From the IMG/VR virus record IMGVR_UViG_3300032562_000006: a stretch of DNA of 64,000 nucleotides; one strand, written 5' to 3'. Position 1 is the first letter of the stretch. Each line of letters opens with the position of its first letter. Source of the DNA: an uncultured virus (IMG/VR IMGVR_UViG_3300032562_000006). Taxonomy: Duplodnaviria; Heunggongvirae; Uroviricota; Caudoviricetes. The notes under the pieces are model-generated. The model ran no database searches and was not told the origin of the DNA. It was given only the letters and a program-made list of their open reading frames with translations. A program made the position numbers and the translations under genes. Shown here one piece after another: positions 10,136 to 20,317 of this stretch.

Positions 10136-10523
10136 CTGTTCCTCCATCCTTCTGTGCGTGCTTACAGCATACCATCCGCGAACAGCTCTGCTGCCTGAAC
10201 GCGGTTGCATGCGCATGGCACTACCTGTAGTATACCGCATGGGGGCCGGTTTACACAGCGCCCGTACGGCGGCAGCCAGGAGGGCAGATGCCAGCGCAGC
10301 TGGTCAACGGATTGCACCCGATCACGCAGGTAGCAGTATCCCCCCGGGATTACCCGGGGGACAGGTGTCGCTGCATGTGGTCGTTCAACACAGGAAGGAA
10401 AATGTGGACGCTCAAGTACGTGGATGCGGCGTGCACCTGGTCAGCAGGTCCCGAGGGACCGCACTACCTGCTGGCGGCAGCGATCCACAGGGCACTGACC
10501 AGGAAGTGAAGGAGAGGAACTAG

Positions 10524-10817
10524 ATGCTCACTGAAACGCGGATGATGGTCTACGACCCGGACTGGCCGGATAAGCACGCGCTGGCGCACCTGACCCTGCG
10601 GCAGATCAAGCGGCTCCGGCACAAGAATAACTGCCGCAAGACGCATGAGCACAACTACCTGATGGTGCTGACGGGAGAGCGGAAAGGGAAGAAGGTCACC
10701 CCTGACGGGGAACTGTTCCGCTGCCTGCGCTGCCGTCCGCTCCCGTGGAGCGTATCGGCCGCCATCAAGCCGGAGGACGGCCCCCGCGACTGGACACCAC
10801 CTGACGGAGGGCAGTGA
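10524..10817 (+). CDS. Hypothetical protein
   Basis: AGGAGAGGAA RBS; stop overlaps the next gene. Confidence 0.5.
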   Translation: MLTETRMMVYDPDWPDKHALAHLTLRQIKRLRHKNNCRKTHEHNYLMVLTGERKGKKVTPDGELFRCLRCRPLPWSVSAAIKPEDGPRDWTPPDGGQ

Positions 10818-11332
10818 AGATTTACCTGAATGCGCAGTTCGCCTCCGGTAAGCATCATGACCGGCTGCTGTCGGTCGGGATGGTGTCGGAGGCGGGTGAG
10901 TTCTACCGGGTGCTGGGGGAAACGGAGGCGGTGCAGGCCGCTCGCCGGGACCCCTGGATGCGGGAGCATGTGCTGTCCCGTCTCCCGTATGAGGAGGAGG
11001 GGCGAGACTGGTTCTGGACGCCGGATCTGTGCATCGTGACGAGGGACGAGCTGATCGACGATATGCTCGGCTTTGTGGACGCCCATCCGGACCCGGAGTT
11101 CTGGGGCTGGCAGGCTAGCTTCGCCTACGTGGCTGTCCGGCACTTGTTCGGCCGCTTGACAGACCGGCCGAACGGGTTCCCGCTGTGGTGCGGGGAGCTG
11201 GCGGCGGAATGGGTGAAGGCTGGCAGCCCGAGCATCCCGATGCGGGCGGTGCTGGGTCATCACGCCCTGGAGCAGGCGCACTGGGCACGGGAAGTGGACA
11301 CCATCCTGCACAGCATCCCTGTTTCTGAGTAA
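10814..11332 (+). CDS. DEDD 3'-5' exoribonuclease (RNase AS/DUF5051-like) homolog with degenerate catalytic residues
   Basis: IYLNAQF...LLSVGMVSEAGEFY...PWMREHVL..L...EFWGW...LFG...P.GFP...HHALEQA.W matches the family scaffold. Confidence 0.7.
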   Translation: MKIYLNAQFASGKHHDRLLSVGMVSEAGEFYRVLGETEAVQAARRDPWMREHVLSRLPYEEEGRDWFWTPDLCIVTRDELIDDMLGFVDAHPDPEFWGWQASFAYVAVRHLFGRLTDRPNGFPLWCGELAAEWVKAGSPSIPMRAVLGHHALEQAHWAREVDTILHSIPVSE

Positions 11333-11354
11333 AAGCAAAAACAAAAATAAAAAT

Positions 11355-11392
11355 AAAAGTCCCGCCACTCACTAGTGAGTGGCGGGACTTTT
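11355..11392. terminator. Bidirectional terminator (perfect 38-bp palindrome)
   Basis: AAAAGTCCCGCCACTCACT|AGTGAGTGGCGGGACTTTT between convergent genes. Confidence 0.8.
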
Positions 11393-11402
11393 GCTTGTCT
11401 AG

Positions 11403-11786
11403 CTACCTGAGCAGGCTGGCAAGCACCGGACGGGACTGCTCTTCCTCTATTATTACCTGGAGGAAGTTGTCAAGTGCGGCATCCTCGGGTGCATTCTCGC
11501 AGAATATGTTGCACTTCCACCAGTGCACGCCTCTGCGGTATTCTTTCCGGGTGAGCCCTAGCAGCAGGAATGCCTCTTCTCCTGGATCCGAGATGATGCT
11601 GCCACCGGGGGAGCAGAACATATCGTCAGCTGCCAGCTCGTAGCCAGATGCCAGGAGAGTGTGCCCAGCGAGGCAGGCGGCGTACCTGCCCTGCCCGAGG
11701 AGGACACCCCAGCTGCGCATCCGGAAGCTGTCCGGCTTGTCCTGAATCCTGCGGTACACGTCGCGGGCTAGTTCCGGGCTTTGCAT
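11403..11786 (-). CDS. Hypothetical protein
   Basis: ACLAGH motif seen in small actinophage proteins; GGAAAGGAA RBS. Confidence 0.55.
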   Translation of the reverse strand: MQSPELARDVYRRIQDKPDSFRMRSWGVLLGQGRYAACLAGHTLLASGYELAADDMFCSPGGSIISDPGEEAFLLLGLTRKEYRRGVHWWKCNIFCENAPEDAALDNFLQVIIEEEQSRPVLASLLR

Positions 11787-12793
11787 GCTGTTCCTTTCCT
11801 GCGGTGGCGCGTGTCACCGCCTGTAAAAACTAGCACGCCCCCGCCCCGCAGGACTAGCCCCCGATTACGGGCTCGTAGTGCACCACGGCAGCGATATGAT
11901 GCCGGACTTCCTCTAGCAGCTCCCCGGGCGTGCTCGCGCTGAATGTATCCGTGCACGGCTTCAGGTAGTGCTGGCCACCTTGCGCCTGCTCGTCCATGAC
12001 GGATCCGTTGCAAGCTTGCGTGTACGAACTGTAATCATCACTGATGTAGAGCGGCCAGTCTTCTGCCGGGGTACCGACCTGACGGTACACCGGCGGAGGC
12101 GGAGGCGGAGGCTGCGGCCTCTGCTGCAGCCGGACACTGACCTCCTGATGGTACCGCACCATCGCGATGTCGCCTGCCGAGCTGGACAGCCGGTGCTCAC
12201 CCCGCTTGCGGCACGGGACGAAACTGCCGTGTTCCAGGCAGACTGTCACTTCTACGTCGTCGTAATCCATCAGCTGCTCCCTAGCATGGTCCCGCAGCGA
12301 CGGCATACCGAGCCGCTTGAACGCTGCGTGAATTCCGGTCCGCCTGGCATCCCGATATGACGAACCGGTGCAAGCGGCACCGGATCGTGCTTGCGGTGCA
12401 GGAGCAGGCAAATGATCCTGGCTGCACGCGGGGAGAAATTCATCCCTGCTCCTGCTCCTGCAGAGCCTGGATGCTGGCGGTGATGCGGTCGTGCTCATCC
12501 CGGGCAGCGGAACCGGACGGGAACTGCAGGGCGGTTTCCTGCGCTTCGTCCAGGCAGACTGCAAGCACCTGTTCTCGCAGGCCACGGGCGAGGAAGCATC
12601 CGATGTCATCCGGCTGAGGGAACCGGGGAAATTCAAGTGCAGGCCCAGATTGCATGGCATTCCTTCCTTGGCAGCGTGCCTTATGCATACCACGCGCGTG
12701 CACGCATGGCGCGCACACGCTACGCACTATGCTACCATAGGGGGGTACAGTGCTAGCAGCTAGTTACAGCACGTTAGCCGGACAGGAGCATGG

Positions 12794-13387
12794 GTGGAAA
12801 AGGAAGAGGAAGATGAACGGAAAGCGGCCCTCGCCGCTCTTTTGCCAACTAGGGGCAGGGGCAGGGGACGGATGACCAGGAAGCAGATACAGGAAAATCG
12901 CGAGGAGATAGCCAAGATCCTGGCTCCGCTGCCCCCTCCGTGGGAGTGGCAGGCATACCGCCAGACTGCAGGGCTCAACTCGGGGGAAGTAAGCCGGAGG
13001 ATGGGTTCTACATCACCTGGGTCATCTACCATCCGGCACTGGGAGGACAGTGGCGGGGTACTCAGGGTGTCTAGTATCGTCGACTATGCCACTGCCCTCG
13101 TCCGTATCGTGAGAGAGGAGCTAGAGAGCAGGGAGAGTGCTAGCCGTCTTGCTTCTGGTGAGGGAGTCGACATCGAGGCCATCCGCCCCCACCTGACTGC
13201 GATGAGGGGCTCGGCAGGCAGCCTGGAAGTGTGGCTAGAGCAACCGGAGCTGCCCTGCAGCCCCGAGGCTATGGACATCCTGCGGGGTAACATCATCCGC
13301 ACTATCAGCTCCCTGCGGAAGTCCGCGAACAAGCTGCGCAGCTTGCGCAATGCTGCAGATAACACTGAAGGAAGGAAGGAAGAATAG
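12794..13387 (+). CDS. XRE-type HTH DNA-binding protein
   Basis: YRQTAGLNSGEVSRRMG...STIRHWE helix-turn-helix pattern. Confidence 0.6.
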   Translation: MEKEEEDERKAALAALLPTRGRGRGRMTRKQIQENREEIAKILAPLPPPWEWQAYRQTAGLNSGEVSRRMGSTSPGSSTIRHWEDSGGVLRVSSIVDYATALVRIVREELESRESASRLASGEGVDIEAIRPHLTAMRGSAGSLEVWLEQPELPCSPEAMDILRGNIIRTISSLRKSANKLRSLRNAADNTEGRKEE

Positions 13388-14289
13388 TGCTGCTTAGCAA
13401 TCTTGAATGGACGCAAGAGCATCTTCCGGTAAGCCAGCTGGTGCATGACATCCGGGTTAACCCCCGGGATCCTAGTGACGCCTGGGTGCGCAAGCAGCTG
13501 GAGAGCTACAATCCTGCACTGCTCGGCGTATTTATCGTGTCAGAGCGCATCCTGGAAAACGGTGAGAAGCAGCTGGCCATCCTGGACGGCGCGAACCGTG
13601 CTAGGCTGATGCGGATGGCTGGCTTCCCCGATGAACTGGTGCAGTGCAACGTGTTTCACGGGCTGACTATCGAGCAGGAAGCGGCCATCGCCCTGGAGTA
13701 CAACGACCGCCGCCAGTGGACGGGGATCCGCAAGTTCCAGGCGGACTGCACTACCGGGGATCCGATTGCCCTGCAAATCCTCCGTATCATCACCGAGGCC
13801 GGATGGCGCATTGACGCGGCTACCGCTCCTGGCGTGATGCGAGGCGTGACCCCGTTCTACCGGATCATTACCACGGCAGGTTCTATGGCTGCGGGCCAGG
13901 CGCGGGCGACGCGGGGCACGGAGCGATGGAGGGCCGCCCTGGAATCCGGCAAGCAGGATGCCTTCCGGGTGATGGAGGAAGCGACTAGCGTTTACACGGC
14001 GGCGTTCCCGCAGAAGCCTAGCGGGTACGCGGGCACCATTATCTACGGTATCGCGCTGGTGCTGCTGAAGTTCGGCACCCGGGTCAACCTGGAACGCCTG
14101 ACCACTCAGCTGCGTAACGTCAGCCGGGGCAGTCAGTACGTGCTGTCTGATGCACGGGGAATCGCCACCACCATGAAGCTGCCGCTGCCGGATGCGATAG
14201 CGTTCCTGATGATCAGGTTCTACAACCAGGGGATGCAGACCAACTCCAAGGCGCGGCTCGATGAAGCCTGGAGGAAGACCTCCAGGTAG
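13387..14289 (+). CDS. ParB-like (DUF6551-type) protein
   Basis: LGVFIVSER...ILDGANR...GLTIEQEA...N pattern; GGAAGGAAGAA upstream. Confidence 0.7.
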   Translation: MLLSNLEWTQEHLPVSQLVHDIRVNPRDPSDAWVRKQLESYNPALLGVFIVSERILENGEKQLAILDGANRARLMRMAGFPDELVQCNVFHGLTIEQEAAIALEYNDRRQWTGIRKFQADCTTGDPIALQILRIITEAGWRIDAATAPGVMRGVTPFYRIITTAGSMAAGQARATRGTERWRAALESGKQDAFRVMEEATSVYTAAFPQKPSGYAGTIIYGIALVLLKFGTRVNLERLTTQLRNVSRGSQYVLSDARGIATTMKLPLPDAIAFLMIRFYNQGMQTNSKARLDEAWRKTSR

Positions 14290-14310
14290 GGGCGGACGGA
14301 GCGGAGTACC

Positions 14311-14682
14311 ATGAATCACCCGGATATGTCCTGCATTGCGTGCGGGCAGGACATGGAGCCGGGGAACAGTGAAGCGGGGGTCGCGCAGCGACCTCCGCTT
14401 CCTGGTCTCCTGTTTTACACGCGCGGGCAGACAGGCTCCAGTGTGTTCAGCCCGACACCGCAGCGTGCCGACTACGAGCATCTCGTCATCGGGGTATGCA
14501 ACCTGTGCTTGATCCGGGCGGGGGAGGAGAGGCGGGTGGCACACGGACAGCTGACAGCTCCGCCTGGAAATCCGCTCCCCGGGGAGTGGAGCTACACCGA
14601 GTGGAAGATGCCGCCTCCGGCCCGGTTGCTTCCGCTCGAAGAGACGGGGTTAGGGGTTTACAGCAGGGACCGTTCCCGGTAA
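14311..14682 (+). CDS. Hypothetical Zn-binding protein
   Basis: CxxC...G.F...G..GS..F.P...CxxC; paralog at 40766-41146. Confidence 0.6.
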   Translation: MNHPDMSCIACGQDMEPGNSEAGVAQRPPLPGLLFYTRGQTGSSVFSPTPQRADYEHLVIGVCNLCLIRAGEERRVAHGQLTAPPGNPLPGEWSYTEWKMPPPARLLPLEETGLGVYSRDRSR

Positions 14683-14740
14683 GCTGTAAGCGCAAGGCAG
14701 GGAGCAGTAACCCCGCCCCGTTACGGAAGAGGAACGCCGG

Positions 14741-15355
14741 ATGGAATCATTCAATGGGCTCGTGTACCACCTTCAGACCGCCCCGCTGGAGTACATGTAC
14801 AGCATCGCTCCTAGCTCCGGGGAAGTCCTGAAGTTCATCACGGAACCGCCGTTTAGTGCTCCCTCTGTCGGCCTGGCTCCGGCAGATGAGGATGTGGCCG
14901 GGGCGATCGGCAATATGATCGCGAGGATTGAGGAGAAGGGCTGGACAAGGGGTCAGCTCGTCAATACGGCCGGGTTCTGCATGCTGGGGTCATTCGTGTA
15001 CCGGAACGGTTTTGCGGGGGTGGATGCGTACTCGGTATTGAGGGAACAGCAATCCCTGCTAGGGCTTGCAGTAGGCGAGGTGCTGCTGTCAGTCATGAGG
15101 GACCGCAAGGTTATCTTCCCCGCAATACCGACTACGGCATGGAACATGGTGATCTGGTGGAACGATGCAATCTGCCCGTCGCGGGAGGATGCACTCAGCT
15201 TCCTGCGGGAGGCATACGCGAAGGTGACAGGGACAGTGACAGTCGAGTCCGTCCCTGCGGCGGAGGAAGCAGCGGATAGCATCCAGGTGATCCCGGACTT
15301 CATCCCGGACTACCTCAACGGACAGTGGAGCTGTCTGGCGGCTGCCGGAGTGTAG
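14741..15355 (+). CDS. DUF6197-like hypothetical protein
   Basis: IEEKGW.RG...FCMLG...WND motif. Confidence 0.55.
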   Translation: MESFNGLVYHLQTAPLEYMYSIAPSSGEVLKFITEPPFSAPSVGLAPADEDVAGAIGNMIARIEEKGWTRGQLVNTAGFCMLGSFVYRNGFAGVDAYSVLREQQSLLGLAVGEVLLSVMRDRKVIFPAIPTTAWNMVIWWNDAICPSREDALSFLREAYAKVTGTVTVESVPAAEEAADSIQVIPDFIPDYLNGQWSCLAAAGV

Positions 15356-15434
15356 CACTCAAGCATCATCTGCAGTAGGCTGGGCGTGCGGGTTCCCCGC
15401 ACGCCCGGCTGCATATCGGGAGGAAGGAAAAGGA

Positions 15435-15947
15435 ATGCCTGATCCATTTGAGCGGCACGGACGACTCAGAAACGGAGAATGGGGGTCTGCTCCCTCGCGA
15501 TCGCAAGCGCGTGCGGCGGCAGCATCTGATGATCCGGTCCGGAAGAACGGCAAGAACAAGATCACTCCGAAGAAGGAGTGCACTGCGAGCCCGAACGGGA
15601 TGCATCGCGGGGAGGCTATCCGGACGACTGACTACAGCCAGAGGAAGAACGCTCCGCTGCTCACGTGCGAGTGGATCCCGTGCTGGTACCGCCGCAAGGA
15701 CGATGACGTGCTCGCGTGGTGGAACTGCAGGCACACTGAGTTCTGCGTTCACTGCGGGAACAAGATGAGACACGGAATGGATACCCAGTGCCCGGACTAC
15801 CCCGGCAGCCCGGAGCAGAAAGCAACAGCGGAACAGCAGACCCTGGACCGGGAGGAAGAGCGCGCTTCCGCCCCGATGTCCGCCTGGAAGCGACGGAAAG
15901 TACCGAACGGGCCGCAGTCCTACCGCAAGAAGAAAAGCGGGAAATGA
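15435..15947 (+). CDS. Hypothetical Cys-rich protein
   Basis: GGAAGGAAAAGGA RBS; CxH..CxxC motifs. Confidence 0.55.
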   Translation: MPDPFERHGRLRNGEWGSAPSRSQARAAAASDDPVRKNGKNKITPKKECTASPNGMHRGEAIRTTDYSQRKNAPLLTCEWIPCWYRRKDDDVLAWWNCRHTEFCVHCGNKMRHGMDTQCPDYPGSPEQKATAEQQTLDREEERASAPMSAWKRRKVPNGPQSYRKKKSGK

Positions 15948-16141
15948 AAGTCCTCAATTTCACGGTGGAAGTGGAAGAACCGGACGAGGGATCGGACGCT
16001 TTCACTGATGTCTCTGCGGTGGTCAAGCTGGAAGGATCGGAAATATTCCGGCTGCCGGTCAGCTTCTTTTCCTTTTACCGCTACGGGGACGAGGCAGGTA
16101 TCGACGCTGTTGTCGGCTGGCTGAAGGAGAAGCTGAAGTGA
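15944..16141 (+). CDS. Hypothetical protein
   Basis: ATGA overlap with the upstream gene; MKVLNFTVEVE... Confidence 0.5.
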   Translation: MKVLNFTVEVEEPDEGSDAFTDVSAVVKLEGSEIFRLPVSFFSFYRYGDEAGIDAVVGWLKEKLK

Positions 16142-16231
16142 GACGCACCTGGCCGTGCTGTCACCGGTCGCACCGCCTGGGGTTGCCGTGCTTCCGGGAG
16201 GCTACCTATCACGGCTTCTGTCTACGGCACA

Positions 16232-16260
16232 ACTCTACCTGTTTTCCACTGGATTGTCAA
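16232..16260 (-). promoter_or_regulatory. Sigma-70/SigA-type promoter
   Basis: TTGACA-17 nt-TAGAGT on the minus strand, with no obvious ORF downstream. Confidence 0.55.
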
Positions 16261-16291
16261 GCGAAGTGGAAAGGATTCCTGCGGAGAAGAC

Positions 16292-16696
16292 GTGAAATTC
16301 ACACGAGGTGAATACCAGGGGGCGCCTGAGTGGCTGCTGGAAACTAGTAGATGGAAGCTAGACGTGGACTGGAACGTCCGGTTCCGGTTCCCGTTCGGTG
16401 CTAGTATCGGGGCGTACTCGACGCGGAAGAGTGGCCCGAAAGATTATGCTGTGTGGAGCTGGTGCCTGGATGTCAACCCTCCGCTCGGGGAACCGAATCG
16501 CCTGTACCTGCACGGATGGGGGTGGCGGGTGATCCTGGGGCTGCTGTCTATGCGGAAGATGCGCGTTACTAAGCAGCTGGGTGACAGGACGTTCAATGTA
16601 GAGTATTACCTGGGATGGCCGCACATTGACGGGTGCGCCAGGAGTGACCCTCCGAGGCGCGGGGAGTGGGACTGGCTGACAATCCACCGGGATTAG
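16292..16696 (+). CDS. Hypothetical Trp-rich protein
   Basis: ORF track; followed by a terminator. Confidence 0.5.
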   Translation: MKFTRGEYQGAPEWLLETSRWKLDVDWNVRFRFPFGASIGAYSTRKSGPKDYAVWSWCLDVNPPLGEPNRLYLHGWGWRVILGLLSMRKMRVTKQLGDRTFNVEYYLGWPHIDGCARSDPPRRGEWDWLTIHRD

Positions 16697-16708
16697 CTAG
16701 TACAGCTG

Positions 16709-16746
16709 AAAAGAAAGCGGGACCGGCTAGCCGGTCCCGCCTTTTT
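16709..16746. terminator. Bidirectional terminator
   Basis: GCGGGACCGGCT|AGCCGGTCCCGC palindrome flanked by A and T runs, between convergent genes. Confidence 0.75.
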
Positions 16747-17220
16747 CTATTCCTCTGAGCTAGCCTGCTGCTGTGTCCTATGCCACTGAGGCGGTGGGTA
16801 GTATGCCCTGCTCATTTCCTCCATCTGCTGGAGGATGGTGGCCTGTGCCCGCCTCACCCGTTCCACCTCGGGACTGGACAGTCCTGTGATGTCAACTGTC
16901 GAGACGGTGCCCGCTACCCGCTCCAGCTTCCGGCGGACGGCGAGTGCTCCGCTGACTGCTTTTTCCAGATGCATGTTCCCGGCGACGTAACGGTATCCTT
17001 CCCCGCGCTCGGTCAGCAGCGTGCGAGAGTTTTCCGTTTCCAGTTCCATGCATGCCTTGGCGACTGAGTGATAGTACATTGACCGGTGCCGGGGAGTATC
17101 CCAGTCCAGTCCTGCTATCTGGCATAGTATCTCATGCGGTACGACTGTCCCGATCCGGGGCGGCTCCTCGGAGAAATAGCGGTAGATTCTCAGCCATGCC
17201 GGTGATGACGGTGTTGTCAA
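16747..17220 (-). CDS. Hypothetical winged-helix-like protein
   Basis: TTG start after GGGAAGGA; L...RGEGYR wing motif; upstream TTGCGC-17-TAGCAT promoter. Confidence 0.55.
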   Translation of the reverse strand: MTTPSSPAWLRIYRYFSEEPPRIGTVVPHEILCQIAGLDWDTPRHRSMYYHSVAKACMELETENSRTLLTERGEGYRYVAGNMHLEKAVSGALAVRRKLERVAGTVSTVDITGLSSPEVERVRRAQATILQQMEEMSRAYYPPPQWHRTQQQASSEE

Positions 17221-17347
17221 TCTGTCCTTCCCTTCCCTCCCTGCCATGCTACACCCTGCGGGGATATGGCGCAAGCAACTGCACCCTGCTACCCGGAGGT
17301 GGTAAGCTGCAATACAGGCAGCAGCAGCAGGAAGAAGAAGAGAAGGA

Positions 17348-17725
17348 ATGATGTTCCGGACACTGCGCTTCGGGCTGACGGACGGCCAGATAGGCGTCAG
17401 CTATATCAGTATCATAACACGCCGCCGAGGGTTCACGGTAATCGAAATCGGCACCGTCCAGAAATACCCGCAAGTCTTCGGGTACAGCGGAGACCGGCTG
17501 CTCATCGGAGCGTCAGACTCGACGTTCCCGGAGACCTACAGCCCGGAGGCTGCGGTGACGGAAGTGCACTTCCCGCCCTGCCTCACCGGATGGGAGATAC
17601 TTCCTGATCCGGGGGGGAGGTACACACTGCGAGTGGCTTTCTACAAGACACGCGGCAGCAGAGACTCGTGCGAGATTATTAGGGTGCCGTCGGGTGTCAT
17701 CTGGGACGGGAAACCGGTACAGTGA
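17348..17725 (+). CDS. Hypothetical protein
   Basis: AGAAGGAA RBS; ORF track. Confidence 0.5.
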   Translation: MMFRTLRFGLTDGQIGVSYISIITRRRGFTVIEIGTVQKYPQVFGYSGDRLLIGASDSTFPETYSPEAAVTEVHFPPCLTGWEILPDPGGRYTLRVAFYKTRGSRDSCEIIRVPSGVIWDGKPVQ

Positions 17726-17890
17726 GCCTATGACCTGGTTCCTGATCGGATTCTGCCTCGGAATGATCGTCATGGCGTTCCTCCTGCGCGGGAGCAACTG
17801 AGTTCCGGCCTGTGATACACTGCCGGGGCACGTTAGAGGTTATTCCGTGGTATGCTGTTTACGTAGGCAGCTGCACAGGAAGGACGGAGC

Positions 17891-19612
17891 ATGGGAGCAA
17901 AGACCAACCCGTTTCCCGTACTGTGGGAGGAGGAGGAACTATTCCTCAGCAAGAGCAGGAGTCAGGGCCAGGAAAACGTATCACACCGGTCATCAGCACC
18001 GGCACCGGCAGGAACAAGAGGCCGCCGCCGCAAGAAGGCCGTGCAGCGACGCACGTCCGGGATGTACCTGATCATTGTAGCAGCATGGCTGCTGCTGTGT
18101 ATCCCGATGCTGCTAGCCATCCGCACGGTGGTCGAAGCAGGCTTCCGGCGGGGTGACTTGCTGGGAGCAGCGGTCGTCGCGACAGTTGCCTTCATTTCCT
18201 ACTTCTGGCTGAACGGTACCAAGGATTTCGTGTACCCGCTCGCTTACCGCCTCACATCATGGCGACGACAGCTGGTACCGAAGCGGAGCAGCACGGACAC
18301 GCCGCTTGTCGGGCTTCTCTACCCCACTCGCAATGACTTCAGTGCCGAGTCCCTGAGTGCCTCGATGATGCAGGACTACCCGAATTGCTATGCCGTCATC
18401 CTCGATGACAGTGACAAGCCCGAGTATACCAGGCAAGTGGACGAGTTCGCAAGCCTGCACGGGCTCCGGGTTGTCCGGCGGCCGAACCGGGAGGGCTTCA
18501 AGGCAGGAAACCTGAACAACTACCTGCGCTCCCCTGAAGGCCAGAAGCTGGACTTCTTTGTCATCATCGACTCCGACGAGGTGCTCCCGCCAGAATTTAT
18601 CACCCGGTCGCTAGACTACTTCGCGGCTGACGCAGGCATCGGCATCGTCCAGGCGAATCATATCGCTACCCGCAACCGGACCAGTTTCATGCGGATGTTC
18701 GCACCTGGCGTTGACTCGCACTGGCCTGCCTACCAGCAGGTCAAGGCGCACGCCGGGTTCCTGTCACTGCTCGGGCACGGGGCGATGATCAGCCGCCAGG
18801 CGTACCTGGCAGCCGGGGGCTTCCCGCATATCGTCGCCGAGGATATCGGGTTCAGCATCGATGCGCTGCGCGGCGGGTACCGGGCTGCGTTCGCGCAGGA
18901 CATCACTTGCGAGGAGGAGTTCCCGCCGGACTACACGGCATTCAAGGACCGCCACCGCAAGTGGACGGAAGGGAACATGGAGTTCATCCGGCGCTACACC
19001 GGGCGGATCCTGTTTTCCCGGCAGCTGCGATGGTACGAGAAGCTGGACATCATCCTGTTCACGTACAGTCTCCCGCTGACCGGCATTTTCAGCGTGTACG
19101 TGGCTATCAACACCGTCTTGTTCCCGGAGCTGAAGTTCAGCAATCACTACCCGCTGTGGATGCTGGTCCCGACAGTGGGATTCCTGCTGGCCCCGATGCT
19201 GAATGACATCCTGACGTGGCGGCATGCTCCCCGGGGGCGGCTCATCTCGTACCTGCTGCACTCGATGGCACTGTTCGGGTCGATGTACTTCGTCAGCCTG
19301 CTGGCTTCGGTGCGCACGACGTTCGGCGGGTCGGTATTCCACGTGACCCCGAAGCACGCGCTTCAGGTCAGCTTCCGGAAGGCTGTCCGCCAGAACAGGG
19401 GGGTGCTGGCTGCCGCCGCAGTCCTGGGCGCTATCGTTGAGGTGACATCGGGCAGCATGCTGCCTGTTATCCTCATCATGATCCCGGCAGTCTTCGGAAT
19501 CTACCTGTCCGTCATGAACGCTGGTGACCATGTGTCGCAGGACACCGGCACCGGTCACATTCTGCAGGAACCGGAATCCGAACTAGAACTGGAACTGGAA
19601 GAAGGGAGATAA
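17891..19612 (+). CDS. Membrane-embedded family 2 glycosyltransferase (cellulose-synthase-like)
   Basis: Two N-terminal TM helices, LDDS, FKAGNLN, IDSD, VQA, AED, R.RKW (QxxRW variant) and multiple C-terminal TM helices. Confidence 0.88.
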   Translation: MGAKTNPFPVLWEEEELFLSKSRSQGQENVSHRSSAPAPAGTRGRRRKKAVQRRTSGMYLIIVAAWLLLCIPMLLAIRTVVEAGFRRGDLLGAAVVATVAFISYFWLNGTKDFVYPLAYRLTSWRRQLVPKRSSTDTPLVGLLYPTRNDFSAESLSASMMQDYPNCYAVILDDSDKPEYTRQVDEFASLHGLRVVRRPNREGFKAGNLNNYLRSPEGQKLDFFVIIDSDEVLPPEFITRSLDYFAADAGIGIVQANHIATRNRTSFMRMFAPGVDSHWPAYQQVKAHAGFLSLLGHGAMISRQAYLAAGGFPHIVAEDIGFSIDALRGGYRAAFAQDITCEEEFPPDYTAFKDRHRKWTEGNMEFIRRYTGRILFSRQLRWYEKLDIILFTYSLPLTGIFSVYVAINTVLFPELKFSNHYPLWMLVPTVGFLLAPMLNDILTWRHAPRGRLISYLLHSMALFGSMYFVSLLASVRTTFGGSVFHVTPKHALQVSFRKAVRQNRGVLAAAAVLGAIVEVTSGSMLPVILIMIPAVFGIYLSVMNAGDHVSQDTGTGHILQEPESELELELEEGR

Positions 19613-19616
19613 TAAC

Positions 19617-19775
19617 ATGTACGGGAACACGTACTCGGCAGCTGCGCTTGCCACCGGAGCTACTGTCGCTGCTACCACCGGCTGGTCGGTAGCCGGGCTA
19701 GTCATCCTGGCCGTCGCCGTGGCGGTAGCAGGGACCCTGACCATCCGGCGGCTGGCCCGCCGGAACAGGGGGTGA
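19617..19775 (+). CDS. Small membrane peptide (52 aa) resembling an isolated sorting signal
   Basis: Manual translation MYGNTYSAAALATGATVAATTGWSVAGLVILAVAVAVAGTLTIRRLARRNRG. RBS GAAGGGAG; GTGA overlap with the next gene. Confidence 0.7.
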   Translation: MYGNTYSAAALATGATVAATTGWSVAGLVILAVAVAVAGTLTIRRLARRNRG

Positions 19776-20299
19776 TAGTGAGGCACCGCAAACCAGCCGC
19801 CTGGGCACTCGCTGCCATCATAGCCCTGACCACCGCCAACCTCACAGTCACAGCAATAGCATTCCACTCGGAAAGAGGATCATTGATAGACATACAAGAC
19901 ACGCTGGGCGCTCGCCTGCCCCAGATGGTCAACGCTGACCTGACAGTCCAGTCCGCCGCCGGGAAGGGCGCTACCGGCTCGGTTAACGGCAACGATGCCG
20001 TGGGTCAGATTAACCTGACGACCGGCGAGAACCCGGGTACGGGCTCCCTCATCCACGTGACGTTCACGACACCTTACAAGGTGCAGCCGTTTGCCTACGT
20101 CACCCCGGAGGATGCCCCGCCACCTGCGGACTGGTACGTGACGATCGACTGGAACGGATTCGACATCTGGGTCAGCACTCCCCCGAAGCCTGAAACCAAC
20201 TACCCGTTCAACTACCTGGTCGTCGCGCGCCCCTGGTCCATGTACCTGAACGCTGAGGGCAAGCCCGTCAACGCGGACGGAACCCCCTCGCAGTACTGA
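19772..20299 (+). CDS. Secreted or membrane-anchored beta-rich protein
   Basis: Signal-peptide-like N-terminus; VTFTTPY...P...VT pattern resembling H-type lectin/tail-fibre domains. Confidence 0.6.
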   Translation: MIVRHRKPAAWALAAIIALTTANLTVTAIAFHSERGSLIDIQDTLGARLPQMVNADLTVQSAAGKGATGSVNGNDAVGQINLTTGENPGTGSLIHVTFTTPYKVQPFAYVTPEDAPPPADWYVTIDWNGFDIWVSTPPKPETNYPFNYLVVARPWSMYLNAEGKPVNADGTPSQY

Positions 20300-20317
20300 C
20301 GCACATCCTGCACCGTC

